In this document: piece after piece, positions 1-12,440 of the stretch | Layout: each line of letters opens with the position of its first letter | How positions within the stretch are numbered: the stretch's first letter is position 1 | Source of the DNA: Octopus sinensis | Lineage: Eukaryota | DNA length: 64,000 nt | Assembly: GCF_006345805.1 (NCBI RefSeq) | Contig: NC_043014.1 | Coordinates: 51,956,001 to 52,020,000 of the forward strand | Direction: 5' to 3' | The notes under the pieces: generated by a model | Seen by the model: the letters and a program-made list of their open reading frames with translations, nothing else | What the model was told of the DNA's origin: nothing | The model's database searches: none | Program-made: the position numbers and the translations under genes

Positions 1-215
1 TGTGAACGATCTTCATGGTCAATTCGATGAAATAAAGTTACTGGATCTTTCTCCGAATCCTAGTGGGTATCTTCCATATTATGTTTCACGTTACTGAAAC
101 GAAGACCACAAAATTTTGATGAGACGCATTGAGAGCTGATTAGCGAATACTGGAAAGTATGGCAGCCTGTGACGTTGCAATGTTAAGGGACATCGAGTTC
201 TGCAGTTAGTTATTC
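1..215 (+). mobile_element. Possible degraded Tc1/mariner transposase C-terminal remnant
   Basis: Broken frames read DLSP..GYL and RPQNFDE..LISEYW, resembling the SPDLSP..GYL / KP.NLDEL..I..EW end of Tc1/mariner transposases. Stops and frameshifts present; no TIR seen. Confidence 0.25.
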
Positions 216-785
216 TTTATCAACAAATAAGTGAAATCAGGAAAAAACCATAAAATATTTTATTGACAGAAAAAAATAGAAGCAAAACTGATTTACAGAC
301 ATCAGCTTTTCTAGAATAATTTAATTGCACAGGAATAAAATGAGGGGAAAAAATACGCAAATGCAAAATTGATTTTAACAAGCTTTTCACTAAATTCAAA
401 CTAATAACATAATTTTTTTCGCTTTTGGTAATTCTGCTGAGGTAACTAAGAAATGGCATCTTCCAAACATTTCTTTATTTTAGACGTGACGGAAAAGAAG
501 AATAAATATAGTGATTATGATAATAATAATTCAAATATCAGCGAAAATTTTCGATCTGATAAATTTCAATTATTTTTTCTGGAGCTGTATTCTCTGTGTA
601 ATGTATTTTCTGCTTTTTGACATGCATACAATTTCTATATCAGAGTTGTGCATGCACATATATCTGCATCCTATACACACATATATGTGCGTGTGTGAGT
701 GTGTATAGGTATGTTAGAGTATCCGTCACGAAAACGTAAGACATATGGAGGTGAATTAAGATGTTATTAAAATATATGAACTCTT

Positions 786-1180
786 AGGCGCAGGAGTGGT
801 TTTGTGGTAAGTAGCTTGCTAACCAACCACATGGTTCCGGGTTCAGTCCCACTGCGTGGCACTTTGGGCAAGTGTCTTCTACTATAGCCCCGGGCCGACC
901 AATGCCTTGTGAGTGGATTTGGTAGACGGAAATTGAAAGAAGCTTGTCGTATATATATATATAAGTGTGTGTGTGTATGTTTGTGTGTCTGTGTTTGTCC
1001 CACTAGCATTGCTTGACAACCGATGCTGGTGTGTTTACGTCCCCGTCACTTAGCGGTTCGGCAAAAGAGACCGATAGAATAAGTACTGGGCTTACAAAGA
1101 ATAAGTCCCGGGGTCGATTTGCTCGACTAAAGGCGGTGCTCCAGCATGGCCGCAGTCATATGACTGAAACAGAGTAAAGA
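786..1180 (+). mobile_element. SINE family A (tRNA head, CORE-like body, internal (TA)n(TG)n, stem-loop tail), full length
   Basis: Pol III A-box-like TGGTTTTGTGG and B-box-like GGTTCAGTCCC; CORE-like CACTTTGGGCAAGT; tail GGCGGTGCTCCAGCATGGCC..CAGTCATATGACTGAAAC. Homologous copies at 21430, 27305, 53074. Confidence 0.9.
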
Positions 1181-1830
1181 GTTACCAAATATGTTGAGAA
1201 TAACTTTCTTTCGCCTGTTACCTCACTCGTGTATATCTGTGTGTACATCTCTTCACGTGTGCGTATGTATACATGTGTGTATGTATGTGTAGGCACATAT
1301 ATATATGTATGTGTTTGAGTGTATTTGTCGTCCGTTTTAAATTCTTTAAACTCTTCCTCTGAGGAAGAAGCTGGTTTCTAACGAAAATACAAAGTTCCAT
1401 CGTTGGAATACAGAAAACAAAAAAATGTCATATTTTAAACTTGAGAAAACTCTTGCATATATTTCTTGTTTCACTTAGAAACTGAAAATCAAATCTTGTC
1501 CCAAATGTCCGTTGGACATTTCTTCAGAAGACAAAGTGCATATGTAAATTTATAATCTGGACATAGAAGATGGAGGTTTTGAAGCAGTTGTGCACGTATG
1601 TGCATGTGTATGAATACAGACTCACACGCGCGCGCGCGCGCGAACAAAATACATATAAGTTTACATACACAGATGTATAAGTATGTGTGTGTGATTTCTG
1701 TGTTTGTTTGCGTGTGTGTGTGTTTCTACACATTGATAAAAAAAACACAAACACCGATTTCTGCGTAGTCCGAAAGAATAACTTTACTTTGATACATTTT
1801 TGTATGCTTTGATTCAATAAGCATTATCAA

Positions 1831-1867
<37 letters not shown>

Positions 1868-2082
1868 GTTGTTGTTGTTGTATTTCTTATCTGTGTACGT
1901 TATCCGTTTATGATTACTCCAAATATTCCAAGAAGAATGTTGTCGAAATCTCGGATCATTCTCTTAGAATTTCGAAAAACAAAAAAACAAACTGAAAAAA
2001 ATAATCAAATATTAGCAGCAATTGTAAAGTATCACCGATAGGAGTTGCGATTAGAACACATATGAGGTGACTGCAAATATAG

Positions 2083-2115
<33 letters not shown>

Positions 2116-3098
2116 TATATGTATATACACATAAATTTTCAGATATATGCTCTAAATGTACGATGTTTTTGTTTTTCGTTTACGATAAATTACTTTCCGT
2201 TTCAAGTGATTGTAGATACAATAAATGAATATGTTAAAAATATGCTGATAACGAAATTCAATACGCAATAAGTGGACATTTCTTGTGTATGAAATATACG
2301 TTAATATAATATATTAATATCAATAATATATCTGTAATAACATCAAAGATATTAATGCATATTTAGCACACAGAACACAAATCTCAGTTACAGCATTTGC
2401 TATCGCAGTTTGATAACAAATTTGGAAACGACAATATGTGTGCGTGTATATCTGTATGAGTATGTCTGTATGTGTGTGAGCGCGAGCATAATATTCTTGC
2501 TGACAGCTGAAGCAGTGGAAATTGATCTGTGATGTAATTGAATGTGTGTATTTAACATGGTTATATTACAGATCAGAAGGCCACTTAAAGATATAAAATA
2601 TATACTTTATGCGCACACACGGATACACACACACACACATACACACAAACACATAATTATACATTTTGTCTTAAGTGTACTCAGTAACTATTCGATTTTC
2701 ATTTTTGTTGCTCTTGTTGTTGATATGCGGCCCATGTTGAACTTCCCTCTAGTACAGCGATTACGCATTACACTTATAATCATCGAATATACTTGAGTAT
2801 CAGAACCTTTTATGGAATATATCTCGCCTTTTTTCTTGAAATGAACATGATCTGAACGATGGCATTATAATCTTGTTCTAATTTACTTAAAATGTTTGAG
2901 TGTATGTTTTTTTAAAAATTTAAATACGCTGTTGGATGACCGTTTTCATAATACGAAGACAACTACTATACCACTGTTATCGGATGGATATCAACAGCAA
3001 TGATTCAATATTGCTCGTGTATATTTATATATTTAGTGTTCGAAAAAGTTAACATTATGAAGGAAACTAGAACATATATATATATATATATATATATC

Positions 3099-3411
3099 TC
3101 ACGTGATCACGTGACCAACCAGGTTATCAGATGTTGCTCTACATCGCTGGTCACAATGCGCTTCGCATTGTTTTAGCCTTCAAATGACGCCACCCCGCTG
3201 GCTAAGCGAGCAGGCCAACATAAGAAAGAGTGAGAGAAAGTTGCTGCGAAAGAATACAGCAGGGATCACCACCCCCTACCCCCTGCCAGAACATCGTGGA
3301 GCTTTGAGTGTTTTCGCCCAATAAACACTCACGACTCCCGGTTTGGGATTCGAAACCGCTATTCTACGAACGCGAGCCCGCTGCCCTAACCACTGGGCCA
3401 TTGCGCATCCA
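3099..3411 (-). mobile_element. SINE family C, tail type 1 (ends in TCACGTGA x2)
   Basis: Minus strand starts GGATGCGCAATGGCCCAGTGGTTAGGGCAGC (A box) with GGTTTCGAATCCC (B box). Homologous along its length to 59624-59900. Confidence 0.85.
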
Positions 3412-3430
3412 CACACACACACACACACAT

Positions 3431-3498
<68 letters not shown>

Positions 3499-4340
3499 GT
3501 GTGTGTGTGCGTGCGCGATTGTGAAAGTGTGTATGTACTTAGTTACATATCTTCACGCGGAATTATTTGCGCATATGTGTTTAATAGTGTGTATATACAA
3601 ATATATGGGTCTATAAGTATAGATGTGAATGTGTGTGGGTATATAAACAAGTATGTCGATATGGTAATAATATTAATAATATCGACATACTTCTTTATAT
3701 ACCCACACACATTCACATCTATATTTATAGACCCATATATTTGTATATACACACTATTAAACACATATCAACTTTATTCTTATTACTATTATTAATAATA
3801 ATAATAGTAATAAGAATAAAGTTGATATTATTATTATTATTAAAAAGAATATGTATTACTATAAATAAGCATATGTATAGTTAGATATACATCAGTATAT
3901 AAATGTTTAAATATATATATACAAAGAGGGAGAGAGGAGGGAAGAAAGTGTTATATATATATATATATGTATATATATACTTACAAACATACATACATAT
4001 ATATATATATATATGTTATAGACGCAGAGTTCACATACTTTATACAGAATGAAACTGCTGGTGCGGACGACAGGATTTTGGTCAGAATACTTTAGAATCT
4101 TTTGAAAGTACTGCAGCAGTAGACTGCACGGTGAAAAATGGAGGAACAATGATGCTTAAATCTCCATTCAGAGGCAGTGGAAATATTCTTGAGAACACAA
4201 CAAAACAGATTTCAAAGCGTAAATATCAGCGTTTAACCGCAATACACACACTCATAGACACACAGACAGACATTGACAGGCACAACACACACACACTCCA
4301 CACACACACCCGTGACAACACAAGTTGCATATACAACTGC

Positions 4341-4407
<67 letters not shown>

Positions 4408-5110
4408 ATACAGCGACAAATACATATGCTGTGTCTACATATTTATAATGGCTGTGTGTGTGTATATATATATATATGTATATATTATATATATAATATA
4501 ATATGCGTTTATATTTCTGTTTATACAAAGTGCATACGCACACACATATCTTTCAGACATATATAAATATATATGTGTGTGTGTGTGTTTGTACGCTTTT
4601 TAGATGTGTTTAGTGTATCAAATAGGATGTGAAATATGTTGGGCATTAGTGTTTTGCGATATATAGAACGAGTTTTACGCATAAAAACGATTACACGTGA
4701 ATACCTGTATGCACACATATATTCTCATATTGTTATTTAACGCACCACACACACACACACACACACAAATGTACACATATATACACAGAAACACACACAC
4801 ATATACACACGTATATATATGCACACGTCCATATACAAACATTCCAAAAAGATAAACACATATACACACGGGGAACATTAAAACTACAGAATAGTGTGCA
4901 TAATTTCTCAACACAGGTTTATTATGTTGTAAAATAGCTTAGTGATTAAACACCTGGTTTCGTTACCATCTCCTATTCTGTTCGATCCCACTGACAAATA
5001 AATTCGGTATGTTTCCACATTTTCCCATAATCCATCTCAAATTATGTGTTTAAAATAGAATAAAGTCAACGGAAATCTTGCGGAATTGTTCTACAAATAA
5101 TCCATGGCAG

Positions 5111-5456
5111 GTAGGTGCAATGGTCCAGTGGTTAGGGCAGCGGACTCGCGGTCGTACGTTCGCAGTCTTAGATTCGGGGTCGCGGTCAAAGGATCGCGGT
5201 GTCTATTCCAGGACCCAGGCTTCGGCTGCTGTACTCTTTCACCACAATTTTCTTTCACTCTTAGTTCCTGCTTCTGTTGTACTTGTATTTCAAAGGGCCA
5301 GCCCTGTGACACTGCGTCACGCTGAATCTCCCCGAGAACTACGTTAATGGTACACGTGTGGAGTGGTCAGGTACTTGCACGTTAAGTTTTCGAGCAGGCT
5401 GTTCCGTTGATCGGATCTACTGGAAACGACGTTGTCGTAACCAACAAAGTGCTACC
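5111..5456 (+). mobile_element. SINE family C, tail type 2, internally rearranged
   Basis: Head GGTGCAATGGTCCAGTGGTTAGGGCAGCGG; 3' half homologous to the reverse complement of 14327-14520. Possible imperfect TSD AATCCATGG / AATCCATAG. Confidence 0.8.
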
Positions 5457-6481
5457 AATCCATAGCGCTGCCCCTGTCATTCATTTTATCAAACTTGTTC
5501 TAGTTGCAGATTATTGAAATTGCATAATTTATCTGCATTAGTCTAACCAGATTTTCGTGCATCAGGATAGAGTCATTATGATGATATTAACAACACACGC
5601 ACTGACTCAATTCCACTCGTTTGTTATTAATCAATTGGGTAAACAACCAACTAGCTAATTGCTTGTTTGTTTTAACTTGCTTAATGTGTAAGCATAAAGA
5701 ATCTTGCAAGCCAGACACAAAAACAAAGTAGTCTAACTAGAATTTAAGAGATTACAGTTAACAGGGCTGCTAAAATGTTCATGGCATTGAGGGTTTCGGG
5801 AAAGGCCTAGCTGGAGAAAACCGAGCTCTGTTACTGAGCTTAAAAGAGCTAAAGGACCACTGGAATAAGTGGAGGAATCTGAGAGGGGGATATGTTGAAT
5901 AAAATCATAATTAACTGTTCCTCTTGTATTTTCTCTTACTCAAAACCAGGTACTCTTCAGTACACCCTCACACTTATGAGATGTGGCTATAGGCTGTGTT
6001 CATTCGTAAGGAATTAATATTGTTTTCTGTAAAGAAACAACACATAACACTAAATTTCTAATATGTCGAGAACGTGATAAGAAGGAATATTGTGGGACGA
6101 AAAAACAAATGCATAATTCGAAGCCAAGTCGGTGGCTACAGACAAGAGTAACTTGTGATATTTCTGTATCTATCGTTTATCTATTTCTTGCCTATTTTCG
6201 GTAACGACGTAGGAGGAGACTACCATTATCTGATAATGAAATAACGCTGTAATGGCGGAAAAAGTAAAACAAAGACAACCATAATATTATTGTATATTTG
6301 GATGTCAAAGGTTAAATTGTGATTGTAATGAAGTGCAGATCTAATTATAATAATCTAGTAATTTAAAACTTGTTTCCAAATATTATGATTCGTTAACGCC
6401 TAATAGCTGCGTACATATACACACAAATGCATAAACACATACATATTTATGTACGTATGTCATATACATATATAAAGTTGT

Positions 6482-6514
<33 letters not shown>

Positions 6515-6636
6515 AGCAGACATGACTATGTATATAACTTGGTAGGTATGTGTGCATGTATGTATATACATATACTATATACAGATAGATATATATATAT
6601 GTATAGCTTCACAAGCACACACACAAACAGACACAC

Positions 6637-6677
<41 letters not shown>

Positions 6678-6710
6678 CGCATACACATGCATATATTGAC
6701 GTACACACAC

Positions 6711-6751
<41 letters not shown>

Positions 6752-7209
6752 GATAGATGCATACACATGCATATATGGAAGTACGCACATATAGCCACAT
6801 ATACACACATATATATACGTACATATATCAATTAGAATTTACATTGTCTAGATTATTGTCGATATGACTTTATGACATTTGATATTTGGCAGGAGATCAT
6901 ATTTGATCTCTGATATATTAGAAAGAGTTCAGTTTGTTTTACCTGCGAGATGCACAGTAAACTAAACACGACTACTTTTAATCGATTTTAATATATTGAA
7001 TATTTAATTAGTGTGAAACAATATGCGATTGGTTACGTGTTAAAGGCTATATATAACCAAATGAGAACTGGCATTGATCTTTTGAGGTGTTATGCCAGTG
7101 TTGAGTTCAATGTACTGAGATTCTATTAACCTATGTTGAACTCTTCATGCGGCAAAATTCTGGCTAGCGACCGGCAGACATATTTAATAACAATTCACTG
7201 GATGCATTG

Positions 7210-7245
<36 letters not shown>

Positions 7246-7758
7246 AAAAGAGAGAGGAAGGAAGGAGGGTAGAGAATGTGTGTACGTAAAGCTGTTTGTG
7301 TTTGTACACAAACTTTCGTTAAAATTTAATATATTACTGAGGCTTCTCAAATGTTTGTGTGCTTTGCATTTGTTCGTTGCACTTGCAGATACTATACGCT
7401 TGAAGAAATAACACTTGCACACGCACATACGCACACACACACACCACACACACACAAACCAAATCGATTAACTCATGCACACACGCACGTAACCGATTCC
7501 TAGAGGTGGCCTGCACGCGAGCATTCGACATGGGGATCTGATGTTAAAGCAAAAATTAGAGGGCCAACGACTAGACATCTGCTTCGTTACGTGATGTGTT
7601 GTGATTAGGATAAACATATCTGTAATCAACCGACCTAAATTCTCAAAAATTCGTAACATGGCACATGGCGTAAAATATGCGGGGCTTATTCTCTCTGCCA
7701 ATGTTTTCTAATATAGCTTCCGACCAACCAAATCGTTGTCATAGTTAAAGCCTTCCTT

Positions 7759-7791
<33 letters not shown>

Positions 7792-7810
7792 ATATATATA
7801 TATATATATA

Positions 7811-7945
7811 TCGGTCATCCTATAAGTTCTGTCCGGATTTCGAATAAAGAAAACAAGTGATAAAATGTTATACCTAATTGAAATTTAATCCTCAGTATAC
7901 TTTCCTTGATTATCTAGGACTTCCTACCAAATATTTACATGCTTT
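7811..7945 (-). mobile_element. Mariner 3' end fragment with TIR-like terminus
   Basis: Minus strand reads [13 protein letters not shown], like mariner C-termini (RWQKV...G.Y), followed by a terminal sequence TCGGTCATCCTATAAGTTCTGTCCG abutting TA. Confidence 0.55.
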
Positions 7946-8004
7946 ATATATATATGTATTATATATGTATACATATAGTATATATATATATATAATATAA
8001 TATA

Positions 8005-8035
<31 letters not shown>

Positions 8036-8137
8036 GTATACATATATGTATATGTATACATATATGGATATATATATATATGTATATGTATACATATATG
8101 TATATATATATATATATATATATGTATATGTATAACA

Positions 8138-8180
<43 letters not shown>

Positions 8181-8199
8181 ACATATACATATATGTATA

Positions 8200-8238
<39 letters not shown>

Positions 8239-8315
8239 ATATATATATATAATATATATAATATATATGTAAATATATATATATATATGTATATTGTATA
8301 TCATATATTATATTG

Positions 8316-8352
<37 letters not shown>

Positions 8353-8355
8353 GTA

Positions 8356-8387
<32 letters not shown>

Positions 8388-8562
8388 GTAAATATATATA
8401 TCTATATATGTAATATATATATATATATATGTATATATTATATATGTATATATATATATATATGTATATGTATATATATATATGTATATATCCTATATAT
8501 GTATATATATATGTAATATATATATATGTATAATATATATATATGTTATATGTATATATATA
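7946..8562. repeat. Interrupted (TA)n microsatellite array
   Basis: About 600 bp of TA dinucleotides with sporadic TG/CA interruptions. Confidence 0.95.
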
Positions 8563-8846
8563 CTGATAGGTTTCGGCCATTATTGGCCCAGGCCATGTCT
8601 AACTTAATAGCACCACCTGGTGAAGTCTTTCAAGTCAGAATGTGGGCACTATGGCCCACTCAAGTAGAGAGTTATTGTTTACAGAGACATATATCCGGGT
8701 GTAGGGGGTTTATCGGGGATTTCTTGAAGGAATCTGTCCAAAGACTATTGAACCTATAGGGTCAGTTTCTGTTTTAATGTTTTGGTGTAATGTTAAAGAG
8801 AGCGGGGCCAATTGAGGTGAATAAATGTGCCGTATGTTGTTATGAG
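8563..8846 (-). mobile_element. 3' end of a CR1-group LINE (ORF2 C-terminus plus 3' UTR), 5'-truncated
   Basis: Minus strand, with frameshifts, gives [52 protein letters not shown] (stop 8635-8637), typical of CR1/L2-group ORF2 ends. A 72-nt UTR then ends at (TA)n. Confidence 0.75.
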
Positions 8847-8902
8847 ATATATATATATATATTATGATTATATATATATATATATGTGTATATAGATATA
8901 TG

Positions 8903-8938
<36 letters not shown>

Positions 8939-9532
8939 TAATGTAATATATATATATATATATGTAAATATATATATATATATGTATATATGTATATATA
9001 TATATGTATATATACATTTATGCATACATATGTATATAGACGTATATATGTATATATACGTATATATATATATATTATGTGCATGTATGTATGTGTGTGT
9101 GTATGTATGTAATCATATATCCCTGTTTATTGCCTGACCTATTCTGCTTCAAATACTGAATGGTGTGTTTACTTCAACGGTCAATTTGAACGACAATTAA
9201 CCGGAATTAAAGGAGTATGAAATATCGAAGACAACGTCGGGAAGTGTTCGAAATGCTTCAATAGAATAACATTTCTTATTCCCGTAAATATGTAGAATCG
9301 TTTTTGAGTTTGATGTAAATCAATATCACAGAAGAGACATTATCTCCCTTGAATTTATCCGTCCAAATACTGCATCCATCAATTTTTGTATTTCATCATT
9401 CACAAACCGATAAAATAAGCATTAATCATTTACTGGAGATGATTTCTTCGACATCTCACAAAACAGAATAAACAGCAACAGAATAAATAACAATAATAAT
9501 AATAATAATAATATAATGATAATAATAATAAT

Positions 9533-9980
9533 CAAATATTCTGCTCAATACCACAGATTTCCTTCTCAGTTGTTTGACCTTAACCAGCTGAGTAATGTCC
9601 CTTAGTGGCTGACGATATGTGTATCTCTGATCACGAGCAGAAGTAGTGGGGGAGCATCATAGCCATGTGTTGAGAAGGAATTCTTAGAGGTTTGGATAAT
9701 TCACCTTTGGAAACACGGGTGGTTCGTTCAATATCCTTAAACGATCCTTATTGAGTGACCTTTTGAGCAGGATGGGCTACTCGACAAGAAGAAAATTCTA
9801 ACTGGGCTCTACCTACAAGGTCATGCGCTGTTTATCCTGATATGATATTACCATGTCGCGCGCATATGGTTGTGATGCATGTGCCTAGTGTACCCTTATC
9901 AGACGGGTAGTCATGATGGGTATATTGGGCTTCGTATATTTTACCCCAGTTTCACTTTGATGGCATGCACTGTTCTCTCA
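9533..9980. mobile_element. About 450-bp complex element embedded in (AAT)n on both sides
   Basis: Higher-GC non-coding block with (AAT)n at 9490-9532 and 9981-10016. I recall it as an interspersed octopus repeat, but only one copy is in this window. Confidence 0.5.
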
Positions 9981-10019
9981 TAATAATAATAGTAATAATA
10001 ATAATAATAATAATAATTC

Positions 10020-10540
10020 TTTCTAAGTTTGGAAAACTCCAGGAGTTTTGAGGTGGGAGATAACTCGATTTCATTGAAACCTGTACATGCCTGTTAACTT
10101 ATATCATCGACCCCGAAAGATCGAAAGGCAAAGGTGACATTGGTGGAATACGAACTCATGGCTTAAGGAGTCGGGTTTGCATTTTCCCCGACCTGCTAAT
10201 GATTGCGACTGCTCGACCTCGTAATCATCATAGGCACAAATATTGAAATTTGAGGGATTAAATCGGCACCAGTATACATCTGGTACTCATTTTGTCGACT
10301 ACGAAAATATGATCGGCTTAGTCGACCCAGACGGGATTTGAACACACTTTGTAAAGACAGACGAAATGCAAATAAGCATTTTACCTGTTGCGCTAACGTT
10401 TCGGTCAACTCACCGACTTCATAATTATAACAATCATGGGGGTTTCAAATTTTGGCACAAAGACAGTAAATTCGGGGTAAGGGTGAGTCGATTCCATCAA
10501 ACCCAGGAATAAACTGGTACTTATTTTATCGACCCGGAAA
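10020..10540 (-). mobile_element. Three tandem partial SINE family B copies
   Basis: Repeated reverse-complement matches to CTTTGCCTTTCATCCTTTCGGGGTCGAT..AAGTACCAG at about 10100, 10290 and 10520. Confidence 0.6.
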
Positions 10541-11180
10541 GTATCGTTGCTATATGTCTGTCTCATAACTCATCACCGTAGTAGAAACATTATTTAGTGA
10601 ATTAAATACCTCTAAATACTATGAATAATCAGTGACCATATCTACTATATGCCACATTGAATATTTTATCGGTTGGTTATCAGAGGTATCACCCTTCCTT
10701 TTCATAGGAACAATTATTATTTACATTATTATATAAATGATTATATGTATATTTTCTATTCTTTTCATTGGGAGTGAAATTTCGGTTCTGTGAAAATATT
10801 TCGCGTGTCATTAAATTATACATAATAATTCATCACTTCCCGAGGGGTAGGAAATTTTGGTCCCCTTCTTGACTGGTTCAAAATCATTCAAATAAGTTTT
10901 CACCTAAGCATTTCCTTATCGCAGTGTGAGAAATTGTGACTTTCTGTGAAGGTCATAACCTTTAGAGCCTCGAACCAAATCATTTCGCAGAATTTCTTTA
11001 CAGCCATAAACGTTTAGAGACCATCTCATACAGAGACCTACTCGGCTCTTTGGTTTCAGGCTTTCCTTATAAATGCATAAGTTTAATACAGCTGTCAACC
11101 AATAAGTTTTCTCTATGCCTCAAATTCTCGTAAACTAGAATTATTTATCAATATGATATCAAAGATATATGTTAAAAATA

Positions 11181-11296
11181 TACTAAACGCATTCTTTTTT
11201 CTTGTCTTTTTCAGGTGAGTACACGAGATCTTTATTTCTATCAAATCTTAAAGTTGCAAAAGGAAGATAAGTTCGCGAAATGCCGACAACGTGAGT
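11181..11296 (+). promoter_or_regulatory. Candidate recursive splice site with 76-nt cryptic exon
   Basis: TACTAAAC (11181-11188), 20 of 21 pyrimidines (11192-11212), CAG|GTGAGT at 11214/11215, second donor AAC|GTGAGT at 11290/11291. Confidence 0.5.
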
Positions 11297-11519
11297 ACAA
11301 ATCGATAGGTTACCCCTTCTTATCTCTCACCTTTACCATTCTAGAAATCAATACATATAACCATCAGATTGTCATATCAGATAGACACATCCTGTACGAA
11401 CTGGTTATCAAATCTGACAAATACGCTGAACCCACGCAAACAAAAGTACGCTACAGTAGATCACAGAGATAATCTTGATTGGGAAGAAGACGGTGGGGGT
11501 GGTGTTGATTGTGGTTCTG

Positions 11520-11660
11520 GTGATGTTAATGATGATGATGATGATGATAACGACGGGTGTGGTATTCATGGAGGTGATAATGATGACGACGGGGATATAG
11601 AGTTGTTGCCGATGAGAATGATAACAACTATGATGATGATGATGAGGAGGAGGATGAAGC
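11520..11660. repeat. Degenerate (GAT)n triplet repeat
   Basis: Direct reading of sequence. Confidence 0.9.
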
Positions 11661-11914
11661 TAATAACATGTTAAATAGCATCAATGATATAAATGATAAT
11701 TACAGCAAATCTAACATAGAAACCAAGCACTGAACTGACAGTTGACATTGGCACACACATACACACACGCATATACACGTGCTCGCATAAATATACACAC
11801 ACACACACACAGAGTCTTATACAAACACACACACACGCACACATACACGCCTCAAGAATCTCAGGATATCCCGACTGTTGCGGTAGAGTCTGATAGGATA
11901 CATTTGAAATAATG

Positions 11915-12010
11915 CTGCTGCTACTACTACTATTACTATTACTACTACTACTACTACTACTACTACTAGTACTACTACTACTACTACTAATAATAATAAT
12001 GATGATGATA
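11915..12010. repeat. (CTA)n grading into (TAA)n/(GAT)n
   Basis: Direct reading of sequence. Confidence 0.9.
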
Positions 12011-12440
12011 TAGGAACGAGGCTTGAAATTTGTAGGGGAGGTTGCTACTCGACTATATCGATCCTGGTGTTCCACAGGTACCTATTTCATTGAACCGGAA
12101 ACGATGAAATGTAGTCGACGGCGGCCATTTCAAATCAGAGCATAATAGCTGGTGAAATACCGATAAAAATTCTGCCATCTCGCGGTTTTATTATAATTAA
12201 TAATATTAATAATAATAATAATAAGAAGAAGAAGAATAATAATTTTGGTACCAGTCCAGCTCATTTTGCGGAGGGTGATAAGTAGAGTAAATCAGCCCCC
12301 AATTTTCAACTAGTACTTATTTTATCAACTCTGGAAGAATGAAAAGCAAAGTCGAGCTCGACGGACTTTGAACTCATATAGTATTGCCCCACGAAAGCAT
12401 TTTGCCTTCGAAAGCATTCGGCCAGCTCTCCCCCAATAAT
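12010..12440 (-). mobile_element. Two degenerate SINE family B copies separated by (AAT)n
   Basis: Matches to family B body and tail 2 at about 12010-12180 and 12240-12440. Confidence 0.55.

Noticed and set aside
2-97. DLHGQF looks like the PPP-phosphatase GDxHGQ motif
   Set aside because: The Gly is absent (NDLHGQ), no GDxVDRG follows, and a stop comes within 30 codons. A decayed transposase fits neighbouring frames better.
1495-1536. Minus-strand CTGAAGA followed by a 7-bp hairpin, hammerhead-like
   Set aside because: There is no GAAA after the stem and no cleavage triplet or stem III; it folds as a simple extended hairpin.
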